In this document: piece by piece, positions 35,431 to 47,752 of the stretch
Layout: the number at the start of each line of letters is the position of its first letter
Position numbering within the stretch: the first letter of the stretch is position 1
Assembly (NCBI RefSeq): GCF_963506605.1
Contig: NC_083277.1
Coordinates: 63,984,001-64,048,000, forward strand
Direction: 5' to 3'
Source of the DNA: Zootoca vivipara
Lineage: Eukaryota
Length of the DNA stretch: 64,000 nt
The notes under the pieces: model-generated
Database searches by the model: none
The model's input: only the letters and a program-made list of their open reading frames with translations
What the model was told of the DNA's origin: nothing
Program-made: the position numbers and the translations under genes

Positions 35431-35570
35431 CAGTGCTTTTTTTATTTTAAAAATGTTTAGGGGTACTCTCATTTTCCTACTCATATTGAAATACTGTCTC
35501 TCAATGAGGCCAAACTTAGCTTCACACACAAAATGTTTAGGGGTATGCATCCCCCCAGAAAAAAGCACTG
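35431..35570. mobile_element. hAT MITE
   Basis: TIRs CAGTGCTTTTTT / AAAAAAGCACTG. Perfect TSD GGAATTAG at 35423-35430 and 35571-35578. Confidence 0.88.
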
Positions 35571-36001
35571 GGAATTAGATATCAATTAAAAGCTATGTCA
35601 GCAATTGCCAGCAGATTATGCCAAACTCCACACTCTTCTGCCATCATTTTGTGACAGAGCTGGATCCAGGAGAACTCTCAAACTATACATTTACCATGGC
35701 AGGCAATTTACTGATTTCCTGGACCCAGAAACCCCTCACCCACCCACTTTGGTCTTTCAAATTGTAGTGGTGCCCTGTGTGAGGCAAAAATCTGTTGCCC
35801 CAGCACTTCTTGCCTTCTGTTCTGTGTGTGCACACTGTGTCACAGTTGCGATGCCCTGCAGCTCTGTCCCTTGGTTCAACACCCAGCACAGTTTATTATC
35901 CCTCATCCAGCCCAATGCTGTATGCAGACACCAGTCCAGGGCCTTTTCAGCCATTCCTGATTTAGAAATTACAGAGAATTAAAGTTGGGTATCGTGAGTA
36001 A

Positions 36002-36369
36002 TGATGCTTTTGAATTATGGTGCTGGAGGAGACTCCTGAGAGTCCCATGGACTGCAAGAAGATCAAACCTATCCATTCTGAAGGAAATCAGCCCTGAGTG
36101 CTCACTGGAAGGACAGATCCTGAAGCTGAGGCTCCAATACTTTGGCCACCTCGTGAGAAGAGAAGACTCCCTGGAAAAGACCCTGATGTTGGGAAAGATG
36201 GAGGGCACAAGGAGAAGGGGACGGCAGAGGACGAGATGGTTGGACAGTGTTCTTGAAGCTACCAACATGAGTCTGACCAAACTGCGGGAGGCAGTGGAAG
36301 ACAGGAGTGCCTGGCGTGCTATGGTCCATGGGGTCACGAAGAGTCGGACATGACTAAACAACAACAACA
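36002..36369 (+). mobile_element. BovB LINE, 5'-truncated
   Basis: DAFELWCWRRLLRVPW...VTKSRT and (CAA)n tail. TSD AT(C/T)GTGAGTAA at 35991-36001 and 36370-36380. Confidence 0.92.
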
Positions 36370-36399
36370 ATTGTGAGTAAACACCTTGCTCCAAAACTC

Positions 36400-36780
36400 C
36401 TAATGGCTGCTCCCAATTGCTTCGTGTAGATGTTAAATACCTTCAGAAACAAGATAGTGCCCTGTGGCACCACATAACCAGGGGGCCAAGGAGCACTCAC
36501 CCAACGCTACCTTTTGGAATCTGTTCTGGCGATAAGACCAGAGCCACTGCAGAACAGTGCCCCTTAAACCCATCTCCTGTAGAGGATCCAATATAGGATA
36601 CCATAGTCAATAGTATCAAAAGCCCATGAAAAATCTAGTAAGAGCAACAGGGTTGCAGTCCCCCAATAGGGGCCATCCATCTAGGCAGTATCAGTCCCAA
36701 GCCCAGTTTTAATCTGGTTATGTGTACACAGGCTGTATTTGGACTGGATTAGTTCAGACTCCCAAGTTGTGGGCAAGCAT
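36400..36780 (-). mobile_element. Old L2 reverse-transcriptase fragment
   Basis: Minus-strand translation around 36530-36650 gives LLLLDFSWAFDTIDYG...MGLRGTVLQWLWSY with a frameshift (RT LLDLSxAFDTIDH motif). Confidence 0.6.
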
Positions 36781-38040
36781 GATAATGTTCCTCCATGCAA
36801 CAAAGTACCATTACAAAGAATACTAGAATGTCTAGCCACCATCTCTAGAAGGATTTAAAAAGAAATAGAGGAACGTGAGCCCCCATGATTCAGAAACGTT
36901 ATACTGTACTAGAAATAAGTTGATCGTTACACAAATAAGTGGAGCATTTAATGGGACGGAATAAGATTCCAACATGATAGACTTTAAAGAAGCAATGGGT
37001 TTAATTAAAGCCAAGAAAGTACTTTAGAGGTCAACTAAAGTTGAGTAAGATCTCATAATATGTTTTGATGATATTTGATATAGGCTGGAGAATCAGGCTA
37101 AGGTACTCCGTAAGGTTAGAGGGAAACAGCTTAGAAGCCATTATGCTAATAATCTAAGTTCAGACAACAAAGTCAAAGGACTTGAATTGCTGATATTGTG
37201 ACTACTGTACAACTGAAATGTGATAACATTAGTGGGCATATGCACTTCTAGGGTAGATGCCATCTATGGAAGGTGGAGCTTGGATTATCTGAACAGTTGC
37301 AAAACTACAAGGTTTATTGAATACTAACAGCACCCTAATGTAGAATTGATCTGCCCTAGTAATATGATCCTAAAAGTTCTCGATCTCCCTTAGGGGTGTG
37401 ATTGGTGGCATAATGATCTACTGATATCTGCATGGGATCAGAAATTACCCTAGTGCTGGATCAACACTTCCTCTGCCATCAGAGGTAGCAGACTTTCTGG
37501 TAATTTTCTCTTGATGTGAATAAGTATAAATAAGTAAATATTTACTACTATAAGTAAATATTTGCCTAGATCATAGGTTGACTCTTGATTCAGGCCTTCA
37601 GAGCAGTTTTTTTTTTAATGATTGCTGCTGTTCTAAAGGCAACAGGGTAGGGTACTGATAACTTCAGGAGAGGATTGCAGTCCCTTCTTAGCAAGGCTTT
37701 CTCCTGATAATTTCCTGAGCCTCTAACCTCATGGCATGGCATGCTGTGCAATAACTGAAAGCCTCCTGCTAATGCTCCAGATTTGATCTGTCACTGCCTC
37801 AATTATCCTGCCCTACTGAAGATGTGGAATCTATGTCACAATACAATTCTCGGTGTTAGTGGTGCCACAGGGCTCTGCTGGGTTGGGTTTTTTTTTTTTT
37901 TTTTTTGCCACAACACACTGTAGCTTTAATTGCTTACCACGGGGTTTCTGGGTTGTGCTTGAATTTCTCCATTTCTGCTTGCTTTGACTCTGGATTTATT
38001 TCTACAGTAGCACTGGAACCATCCTTTAACCAGAACTGTA

Positions 38041-38068
38041 GTGTGTGTGTGTGTGTGTGTGTGTGTGT
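38041..38068. repeat. (GT)14 microsatellite
   Basis: Pure GT run. Confidence 0.95.
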
Positions 38069-38198
38069 AAGCAATTAAGAAGTTAGTGTTTTGTCAACAG
38101 ACAACAGATTCATATATGTATGAAAACATGGTTGGTATACTCTCCACCTTTGATATCGTTAAATGGGCATAACAAGTGATACAGCTGAATATTAATTA

Positions 38199-38525
38199 AA
38201 AGGTAAAGGGTCCCCTGACCATTAGGTCCAGTCATGGACAACTCTGGGGTTGCAGAGCTCATCTCCCTCTATAGGCCGAGGAAGCTGGCGTTTGTCCGCA
38301 GACAGTTTTTCCGGGTCATATGGCCAGCATGACTAAGCCGCTTCTGGCGAACCAGAGCAGCGCATGGAAACACCGTTTTCCTTCCCGCCAGTACCTTTTA
38401 ACTACAGTACTTGCACTTTGACATGCTTTAGAACTGCTAGGTGGGCAGGAGCTGGGACCAAACAACAGGAGCTCACCCTGTCATGGTGGGCATTTGAAGC
38501 ACCAACTTTCTGATTGGCAAGCCCA
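38199..38525 (-). mobile_element. Sauria SINE, diverged and 5'-truncated
   Basis: AAAGGTAAAGGG...GGCCAGCATGACTAAGCCGCTTCTGGCGAACCAGAGCAGC. Confidence 0.85.
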
Positions 38526-38637
38526 CCACAAGAATGTAAATAAAGTTATTTCTGTGTGGTCAATGTTTGGTAACTACTATTAAAGGGGGGCCATATTTGT
38601 CAACCTCTTCAGGCTTTTGTCATTCTCCTTTGATCCA

Positions 38638-39399
38638 GTTACAGGTAGGTAGCCGTGTTGGTCTGAAGCAGTCCAAACAAAATAAAAAATCCTTCCAGTA
38701 GCACCTTGTTGTTGTTTAGTCGTGTCCGACTCTTCGTGACCCCATGGACCATAGCACGCCAGGCACTCCTGTCTTCCACTGCCTCCCGCAGTTTGGTCAG
38801 ACTCATGTTTGTAGCTTCAAGAACACTGTCCAGCCATCTCGTCCTCTGTCGTCCCCTTCTCCTTGTGCCCTCCATCTTTCCCAACATCACGGTCTTTTCC
38901 AGGGAGTCTTCTCTTCTCATGAGGTGGCGAAAGTATTGGAGCCTCAGCTTCAGGATCTGTCCTTCCAGTGAGCACTCGGGGCTGATTTCCTTCAGAATTG
39001 ATAGGTTTGATCTTCTTGCAGTCCATGGGACTCTCAAGAGTCTCCTCCAGCACCAAAATTCAAAAGCATCAATTCTTCAGCGATCAGCCTTCTTTATGGT
39101 CCAGCTCTCACTTCCATACATCACTACTGGGAAAACCATAGCTTTAACTATACGGACCTTATAGTCGACTGTTAACGACTGCAAGAACAGTCATCTACAG
39201 GTTCACCACTCCTATCAGCCAATCACCCATTCCCACCACCCTTCTGAGTAATACCCCTCCCCACCCTCTGACTATACATAAGGGTCTGGTGACTTCTGTT
39301 TCAGTGTATCTGAAGCAGTGTGCATACGCATGAAAGCTCATACCTATGACAAACTTAGTTAGTCTCTAATGTGCTACTGGAATGATTTTTTTATTTTCT
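38638..39399. mobile_element. Penelope-like element (inverted terminus plus plus-strand pLTR), interrupted by BovB
   Basis: GTTACAGGTAGGTAGCCGTGTTGGTCTG at left. Plus-strand pLTR with degenerate hammerhead at 39306-39343. Flanking duplication TTTGATCCA at 38629-38637 and 39400-39408. Confidence 0.78.
38706..39160 (-). mobile_element. BovB LINE, 5'-truncated, nested in the Penelope element
   Basis: ORF 38639-39037(-) is the BovB C-terminus. (TTG)n tail on the plus strand. Confidence 0.92.
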
Positions 39400-41048
39400 T
39401 TTGATCCAAATATAAAAATTTATTAATTTGGACATTAATTCTACATCTCAGAGCTTTCTGGATCCCTGCACTATTTAAAGCATCTTCCCCACTAAGGGAA
39501 CTGTAATTTGTTATAGTTGCCCTACTCTGTAGATTACAAATTGTGGGCTTTACCCGAATGTGTTACTTGGAATGATACTTGGAAGGTAGCAGTAGCTTAG
39601 TGACAGAAGGCTTGTATAAACAAGGGAAAGGGGCAGAGATAACAAAAAACACACTCTGTAGAAACACAGCACTTTAATTTAAAAATTCCTCCCAAGAGCA
39701 GTAAGTTTTGATTGCCTCCTGCGAATGGAATGGGAGGAGCATATAGACTGGAATAAAATAACATCAAGAGGAGAGGACCCCTTACAATCACAAGTTATCA
39801 ACAGTGAAAAGCTAGAAATAAGGGTGTTTGAATTGTTCCAACCTCCTTTCTCTGTTTCATATGTGATTATCAAGAGATGGAAGCCATTTCCATCACCAGC
39901 TTTGGGGATGAAAATGTACAAAGAGGCATAACATTTCCTTCCAACTCAGGGTAATTTCTCCAACTGTTGTGCTGCTCTCCATGTAATATTGTTTATCTAC
40001 CTTTGCCTTTTTATAGTAATAAAAGAGGAGCCTTAAATTGCTGCTAACTCCCCATCTTTGTGTGTCAAATTAAACATTCACAGCTTCCCTTTACCTCCAT
40101 CATGCCCTCCCAGTCATCACTTTGGCTTCTTTTCCTCTGGCAATTAATTTCCTTCTCTTATCACAACTTTCATTATTACTCTTGCAGTAATTATACACCA
40201 GTTGTTTCACCCTTCCCTCGGGGTGCTGGTAAGGGATACCTTTAAAATAGCAAACATGCCTTGTAGAGGATGAGGGAATGCGGAGAATAATATATATTTC
40301 TTAAGGACAACTAGCTAACTTTTTGCACCAGGGAGGAGTGCAATGCTATCTACCTCAGATCCTGGAAGAAATCTGTAGAAATACTGTGTACTGGTGGATG
40401 TGGCAGGCAGAAATGGAAGCATACCAATGACCGTTAGGTCCCAGCAAGAAGAAGAAAATGTGATTAGCATTGCAAGTCTACTCAGATCAGCAGTAAGCCC
40501 CATCAAGCTTACTCACAGGTAACATTTCATAAGATTGTTTCCAAGCAGACCAATTCTAGCCCTCCAGCTCCTGCTCACCAGGGTGGAAGCTTGACATGCT
40601 GGTAAAACAGAAATGAACTGGCTTTGGATCCTGCAGATCCATCACCAGCCCTGTTTTGCTCTGTCTCACCCCCAGCTAATACAGTCAAGAACTCTGCTGG
40701 TGGTATCTTCCCAGCTGCCCTTGCTTTCGGTAGGGAGGCTCTCCACTACAGTTGACCCCCACCCACTGGAGGAGAGATGCAGCCACCTCACTCTCTCCAG
40801 AAGTGCTGAGCAAGGACTTAGGATTCAGTTAGTTCCTAGTCTTCATTTCCTTTGTCCCTCAGACTTTCCAGGTGGTTGGAGGGGCTGCTTAGCATGTACT
40901 CTGATAACACATGGCTGCACTCCCATGTACACTTACTTGCCAGAAAGTCTCATTGGATTCAAGAGCATTTGCTTCTGGGTAGCATTGCACTGTAAGGCTG
41001 CGATACTGCATTTTTATTCATTTCTATGTATGTATGTTTCCATGTGAT

Positions 41049-41196
41049 GCTCTGGTTTCACCAGAAGTGGCTTAGTCATGCTGGCCACATGACCTGGAGA
41101 AACTGTCTGTGGAAGCGGACAAACGCCGGCTCCCTCAGCCTTTAAAGCGAGATGAGCGCCGCAACCCCAGAGTCGTTTCACAACTGGACTTAATTG
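41049..41196 (+). mobile_element. Sauria SINE 3' half, running into a gap
   Basis: GTCATGCTGGCCACATGACC...GCGAGATGAGCGCCGCAACCCCAGAGTCG. Confidence 0.8.
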
Positions 41197-41351
41197 NNNN
41201 NNNNNNNNNNNNNNNNNNNNNNNNNNNNNNNNNNNNNNNNNNNNNNNNNNNNNNNNNNNNNNNNNNNNNNNNNNNNNNNNNNNNNNNNNNNNNNNNNNNN
41301 NNNNNNNNNNNNNNNNNNNNNNNNNNNNNNNNNNNNNNNNNNNNNNNNNNN
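41197..41351. other. Assembly gap (N run)
   Basis: 155 N. Confidence 1.
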
Positions 41352-44300
41352 TTCACCTTTCTGAAAAATTACCAGGGAGCAAGTTCCATCAAACTGATTG
41401 AGATTTACTTCTGACCAAAAAAGCTGAGGGTGCATTGTGAAAGTGCCTCTCACATAGTATCACTGGGTCGCTCTTCAGCGATATTCAAAGCACAGCTGCT
41501 CTCTCTGTACAGTCTTACGGTGTCTGCAATTCCTCAAAAGCACTTAGGAACTTAGCGGAATGTCTGTGTCTGCCAGGACCTCAAGAGAAAACAGCCAGGG
41601 AGGTAAAATGATGAAGCCTAATTAAGTGATTTGTCCCAGATGGCTCAGAAATCCAGTGGCAGAATACAGCTTTTAAGGGAGCTTCCTTGTTTTGTTTTGT
41701 ATTGTTTTGTATTGTTTTGATGTATCTGACACCTGCGAGCCACATGGGAATCTGGAACTACGCTAGTACCAGCACTGAATGATCCCTACTTGTCCAAATA
41801 GCAGATCAAGGGATTTGTGAGATCAAATGAGGGCTTTAGATAGCAGTCCTATAACAACTTGCACAACTTTGAACCTCATGTCTGCCTGGTATGGCTTTGT
41901 GTACATTGCTTTGTACTAAATCACTCACCGCAAAGGTATCATCTGATCGCTGCCTGACACCTTTTAGATAGTTCTTTGTCATTTTTTTTTTAATTCGGGC
42001 AGGCGGCAAAAGCTCCACCCAAAGGAAAGGTGGGAGATAGGGCTGTGCTCTGAAGACAGGATACTCTGTGAAAAGATCCAGACAACACAGCCAGGAGGGG
42101 GCAGCCACCGACACTCTCTGTTCAGCTATGTTGTTTTGTTGATGATTGCAACAACAATGTTTTACATTTAGTGTGAGACAGCACTCTGCTTTTTTCAAAT
42201 CGGTGCTGTTTCGTCATGTCAAGCATTTGGCTCAAGGGATCAACAGAAACAGCTGTTCCTTGCTAGGTGTGTGATGCTTCTTTGAGACAGCGGAAAGTGA
42301 GGGGCAAAGGGAAAGTATGGAGGATTCATAAACTGCAAGTTAAAATGGAACACCACAGAACACAATCTTCAGTAAGCCAAAGGCCCTGTGCTTAAAACCG
42401 AAACAAATCTTCACACTTCTGGACTATAAATCCAGCAAAACAAAGAGCTGTGTGTCCGACACTATATTCATGGCATCTGTCATAGCCTTATTCTGTTGAA
42501 CCAACTCAACCCAGATATTTCCATCTGAGCAAGCTTTTTCTTTCTTTCTCATGGGCATCAAATGCTTGTGAAATGCATTTGAAGATAACACCAGATATTC
42601 TTAAGCATGCCATTTCATGGAAATTCAGCTCAATAGGATTCACTCCTTAGGACAAGTGCAAGAAAAACAGCTGTTTTCTGGTGGCACTTAAAGTGCAAAG
42701 CTGTCTAGCGGGGGGGGGACGGGACAGGGTGGGCAGCAAATGAATTGTGCGTAGGGTAGGTTATGCATCTGGTATTTCCATTATAAGGAACACTTGTAGG
42801 GGTTCACTTTTAAAACCTATGCCCACACTGCTCCTCAAGCATGAGTTTCCCATGCAGTTGGACTAGTTAAATACTTTCTTTGCCAGGAATAAGTCAAGAG
42901 TTATGCCTGTGGAAGTGATCTGCCATGCACTTTGCAAAGGGAGGACAAGCATGGTGATGGAGGAAGGAAATAGAGAGCAGAAAGCACAGCAGGAAGTCTG
43001 TGCTGTATATCCCAACAGAGAGGTGGGTGGTGTTGTGGAATCAATGCTCCTCGTGCATGCAAGTTTGGTTTTTTTGCTGTGCTCACATGACATCGTTGGC
43101 ATCAAAATGCCAAACCAAGTTTTTCTACCATTGAACCTGAGTTTTCCCTTTCTGAGGGAAATCCAGTAAGTTGGTTTTTTTAAAACTACCTGTTGCCAAT
43201 GACTTGCTTGTGATATCTCAACGGCCTATTTGCAATATCTGGAAGCACCTGGAGTCTCTTGAAAAGTCACTCCATCTCTGTTGCATTTAACTGCTACACA
43301 TAAGCTGTTACAGGCTGCAGAATGCTCAAGAACTGGCCCATTCTTTTAATGCTATGTGTAGGATGCAGCCCAGAAGCAGGCTGAATGTAGCTGGCAAAAG
43401 AGCATGCCAAGGTGCACCAGCAAGAACCTTTCCCCTCATTCTGTAAATCCAGCATCTGCAGATAAAGGAGAGTACTTATAACTAGTCGGTAACCAGAAGA
43501 ATCAGACTTTGCACTGTTTTACAAAAGCTGCCTGGGAAGGTGAATGAGACCAGAACCCTCCAACATTGCTGTGCTGTGCTCTGGAGACAGAAAGAACCCA
43601 GATATGCTGACCAGTGAGTGACCCACCTTTTGCACATCTTTCTCCATCTCATCTCACAAACATTTTGAAACTCCTAGCACTATTGCTTGTAGCACATGCC
43701 TCTGTACCACCACCTGAGGCTTAGCAACAGACAATATTTCTTTCAGAGAAAAAAAAGGTGAAAAAGTGACACTACATGAATGATCCCTATTGTCTCAGTT
43801 CATGGGTTTTGCAAATTTGTGTAGCAGTGCTTTTAAAAACCTGCAAAACATGTTTAACCAGAGACTAAAGAAATAAGGGTATATGGCTCCACAGTGAAGC
43901 TATGCTTCCATGTTCCCAGCTTCAACTCTTTTTAAAACTATTGTCTGTCTTCAGACTAAAATTAGCTATACAGGAATGCTGTTTTATAAGTGATGGCAGG
44001 GGATGATAAAACATGCTAATTCTCAGCTGCACAGTAAGATACAAACTCTTCTCTCCCACCAACAAAATAAGACTCACAGAAAATGAAAAAGCATGCCCCC
44101 ACCCCCCACCCCAGTTCTAATTGTCCTTCCTGGATAATGAATAAAAGGAAAGCCACTTACCTGAAATTACTGTTTCATTGCTGCGACAAACCAAGCTCCT
44201 TGTTTCTGTCTTTGCACTCTTCTTCCACTTTGTGAAATCTCGTGGTGGCCAAGACAAAAGCACTTTCTCAAAGTAATTACCTGTACTTTCAGAGAGCAGC

Positions 44301-46312
44301 CCTCCACCCCTACCCATTTACAAAGGTGCCCTTTTCCCAAGAACCTGCTTCATTCTTGACAAAGAGAAAGGTGATGAGGGAGGCTTTGACTTCTGAACAT
44401 GACTGACAATCCCTACCCCTCAAAGCTGGATGCTCTGTGATGCTGAAAGAGAGGGGGAGTGTGCTTAACCAACAGCAAAGCACAGGGAAACAGGGAGGGA
44501 GGGAGGGAGGGAGAGAGAGAAAGCGCCAGCGGTTGCTGCTGCTGCTTAGGGATTGCTCAGCCCCCACTGGGCTTCTTACTGAGCTAAAACATCCAATGAC
44601 GGTGACCAAACCAGATTCTCTGGCAATGAAATATAGGTTACAGATAGCATGGTGCACATCAGCTAGAGCACCATCTAGTTGGCATTCAGAAGATCAGTGC
44701 TAGGTTTGCCCCTGGTACTGAGCAGCTTGATAGCCCTGGACAAGACCTCCTTTTCTTTGTGCCACTGTCTATGCCTTCTCATTACGTGATAAATATTTTT
44801 AAATACACATTAGGTATTACCCTTTCCTAGCTGTTGTATATCTGCAGTAAGTCACTTAGGTCTGCTTGCATATTAGCATATCATAGCATGTTTCCTACAG
44901 TATGTGATGTGCTTGCATCTGGCAGCATTATTCGAATCACTTGTTTATTTCTTTGATTACTGCATTTCTGATTGCAAAGCCTCATGATTTCATTTGGAGG
45001 GGATGACATTTTCATTGCTATAACCCAATGTATACTTACTCGGAGGAACTCCCATTGAAATCATACACCTTACTTTCAAGTACACATGCTTAGGATTGGG
45101 CAGCAATCACAGTGCCAGAAATAAGGGCATGGAATGCAGAGTATCATGTGAACCTTTTATTTTATTTTATTTAAGAAAAGCAATGTGGACCGGGCCTAGT
45201 TCCATAGGTCCTTAGTACATCCTGAGAACATGAATCTCACCTTTAAGAACTATGCTGATATACACACATACCCTGTCCTTACCTTTTTTCAGAGTTAGGG
45301 TACTTCCACAGTTGATTGTGGGTTCACATATGCAAGTTTTTCACAGCATCTACACAATGCCATCCTCATCAAAATGCCATCCCATATCTCCCCCACCCCA
45401 ATTTAATCCTGATTTCCTGTTTTGTTTTGTGTTTTACTGATTAGACTTTCTGCAGAAATGGTAAATCCAGATTAAATGGGGAGGGGGGATATGGGGTGGC
45501 ATTTTGGTGAGGACAACATTGTGTATGAGGCAGCCCCATTGGAAAATTGGAAGATTGGTAAAAAGTTTGGAGGAATTGTAGCAGCACACTTGACAACAAA
45601 AAGAATGATGTCCTGGTGAATTGGATAACATAAATAAGTATCCTAAAATGGATACCAAGTTTCACCCCATGTGAAATTTCAAAACTAACCAGAAGCTCCT
45701 GCCAGAGCACATGATTCAAGGAATTCTGAAGCAAAAGAGGGGGGGGAGAAAGAAAAGAATGCATTTTGATAAGTATATCAAAATTTCTCAAGGGGGTTGT
45801 GTGCACTCCTAACCCTGGTAGATGTAACATGTAAATATATATTTCACGGCAACCACATTGTTTCTCAATTATTCTGTTATTAGGTAGAAAGCAATATAAA
45901 TAAAGAAAAAAGAAACAGGGAAAGAGGTGGTATGAAGCAGAAGTTCACCCAAGATTGAAAGTCAGCATAGCAACCAACCACAGATCTTTAGAAAGAGTAG
46001 TCTTTCGGATAAAAGCTATGCAGCTGAGCTTCCTGCCAGCAAAGCCTGCAGAGATACAAGTGCCCAGTCTCTTCAGCTTGAAATCTAGGAACAAAAGAGA
46101 CTGCCTTATACTGAGTCAGACCAATGAGCCATCTAGCTCAGTATTATCTAAACTGATTGCAACAGCAGCAGCATTCAGCGCACTCTCTTGGGGCCCCCCA
46201 AAAAAATTTAAAGGGAAAAAAAACTGGATGTACATTTCCAAAATATAAGATAAATAAATAAATAAAATAAAACCTACATACAGCAACAGTGTTTTGTGTT
46301 GTGTAGGCTCCT

Positions 46313-46313
46313 A

Positions 46314-46354
<41 letters not shown>

Positions 46355-46398
46355 ATGATGATGATGATGATAACAACAACAACAACATCAACAACAAC
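46313..46398. repeat. Compound microsatellite (TAG)n(GAT)n(AAC)n at an L2 tail
   Basis: Directly visible. Abuts an L2-like 3' end TTTATTTGTATCCCACCCTCCC. Confidence 0.9.
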
Positions 46399-47235
46399 TT
46401 TTATTTGTATCCCACCCTCCCTGGCCGAGACTCAGGGCAGCTAACATCAAATATAAACATTGATATAAACAATAATTAAACCACCTCTTAAAAACAAATC
46501 AGGATAGAATTAAAATCTGAATTAGATGGCTTTCCGCAGGATTTGGGTTGGGAACAGTAAATGCTCATCAGGCCCAACTGTGTACGCTGATCTTATATGG
46601 GCCTGTGAGAATGCTGGGAGGCCCCTTTCGTACTAGTTCTTATACAAAAAGGGGAGGGGAGTCTGTTAGGTTTTTCCTTTAAGACTGATGTGGTCAATGG
46701 TGCTACACAGAGATGTGTGCTTGTAACCTTGATCTGAATAGTAACACACCTGTGAGCTTTTGCTAATTTGAATAATTGAAGGTAGAGTTTTCTTACTGTC
46801 ATGTGATTGGGTAATTGACTATTTTGAATTCTGTATTTAAGCTACCCAAATGGTTCATGGGTGTGGTGGTGATGTATTGTGAAATGAGAGGAATGGAGTA
46901 GAGGAGTGTGGTGTATATAATTGTAAATAAAAGCAAGCAAAGATACTGAAGACGACTTTGTTATTTCGTCAACCCTGCCGCTGTTGCCACTCGGTTGGTG
47001 TGTATTTTGCCCAACAGAATCAGGCTGAGCCCTGACCATAGGCCTGGCGGAACAACTCCGTCTTGCAGGCCCTGCGAAAAGATGTCAAATCCCGCAGGGC
47101 CCTGATCTCTTGTGGCAAAGCGTTCCAGGATCTCCAGGATGCTATTATTTGCAGACCGTAAGATCCTCCATGGGGCATACCAGGAGAGGCGGTCCCGTGG
47201 GTATGAGGGTCCTAGGCCTATTATGTAAGTAATGG
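46399..47235 (-). mobile_element. L2 LINE 3' fragment interrupted by a solo LTR
   Basis: 3' end at 46399-46445. Resumes after 47021 with GTCTTGCAGGCCCTGCG...AAAGCGTTCCA (reverse complement of the WNAL motif). Confidence 0.6.
46664..47016 (+). mobile_element. Solo LTR, Copia-like (353 bp)
   Basis: TGTTAGG...CCCAACA termini, TATTTAAG TATA-like box, AATAAA near 46926. 5-bp TSD GAGTC / GAATC. Confidence 0.75.
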
Positions 47236-47638
47236 GCCCCGCTTGCTAGCCTGCTCCCTAAAATATCACTGGTTTGCTCATTTCTATATACAGTGGTACC
47301 TTGGTTCTCAAACTCAATCCGTACCCGGAAGTCTAAAACAGTGACAATTGGTTGTTGACAAAGGACAGCTGGACATATAAAGGGCCTCATTACCTTCAGT
47401 AGCTTAGGGCCTCATCACACCTAAATCCAGCCCTGGTCTTGCCCTCTCTCTCCCCTAGTATGTGGCAGTGATTGGGAAGTGAGGTGGGCAGTGCTGAGCT
47501 GCCTGCACTGTCCCACCAACTACTGCTGACTGACTGACAACAGCTCTTCAGGACTTTGGACAGGAATCTTTGCTGGCCCGGCCTGGAGACACAGTGAACT
47601 ACAGCCCTTCCCCAGTCTAGTATTGAGAGGATAAATAT

Positions 47639-47752
47639 CAGTGCTATTTTTCTGGAAAAGAGGTATGCTCTTGCTCTCTTATCATGGCAATGGCGTCCAC
47701 CAAAGAGCTGCAGGAACTGAGTTCCGGTGAGTTCCTGCTGAAAAGAGCCCTG
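47639..47752. mobile_element. Degenerate hAT MITE
   Basis: CAGTGCTATTTT / AAAAGAGCCCTG. TSD ATAAATAT / GTAAATGT (6 of 8 match). Confidence 0.55.
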
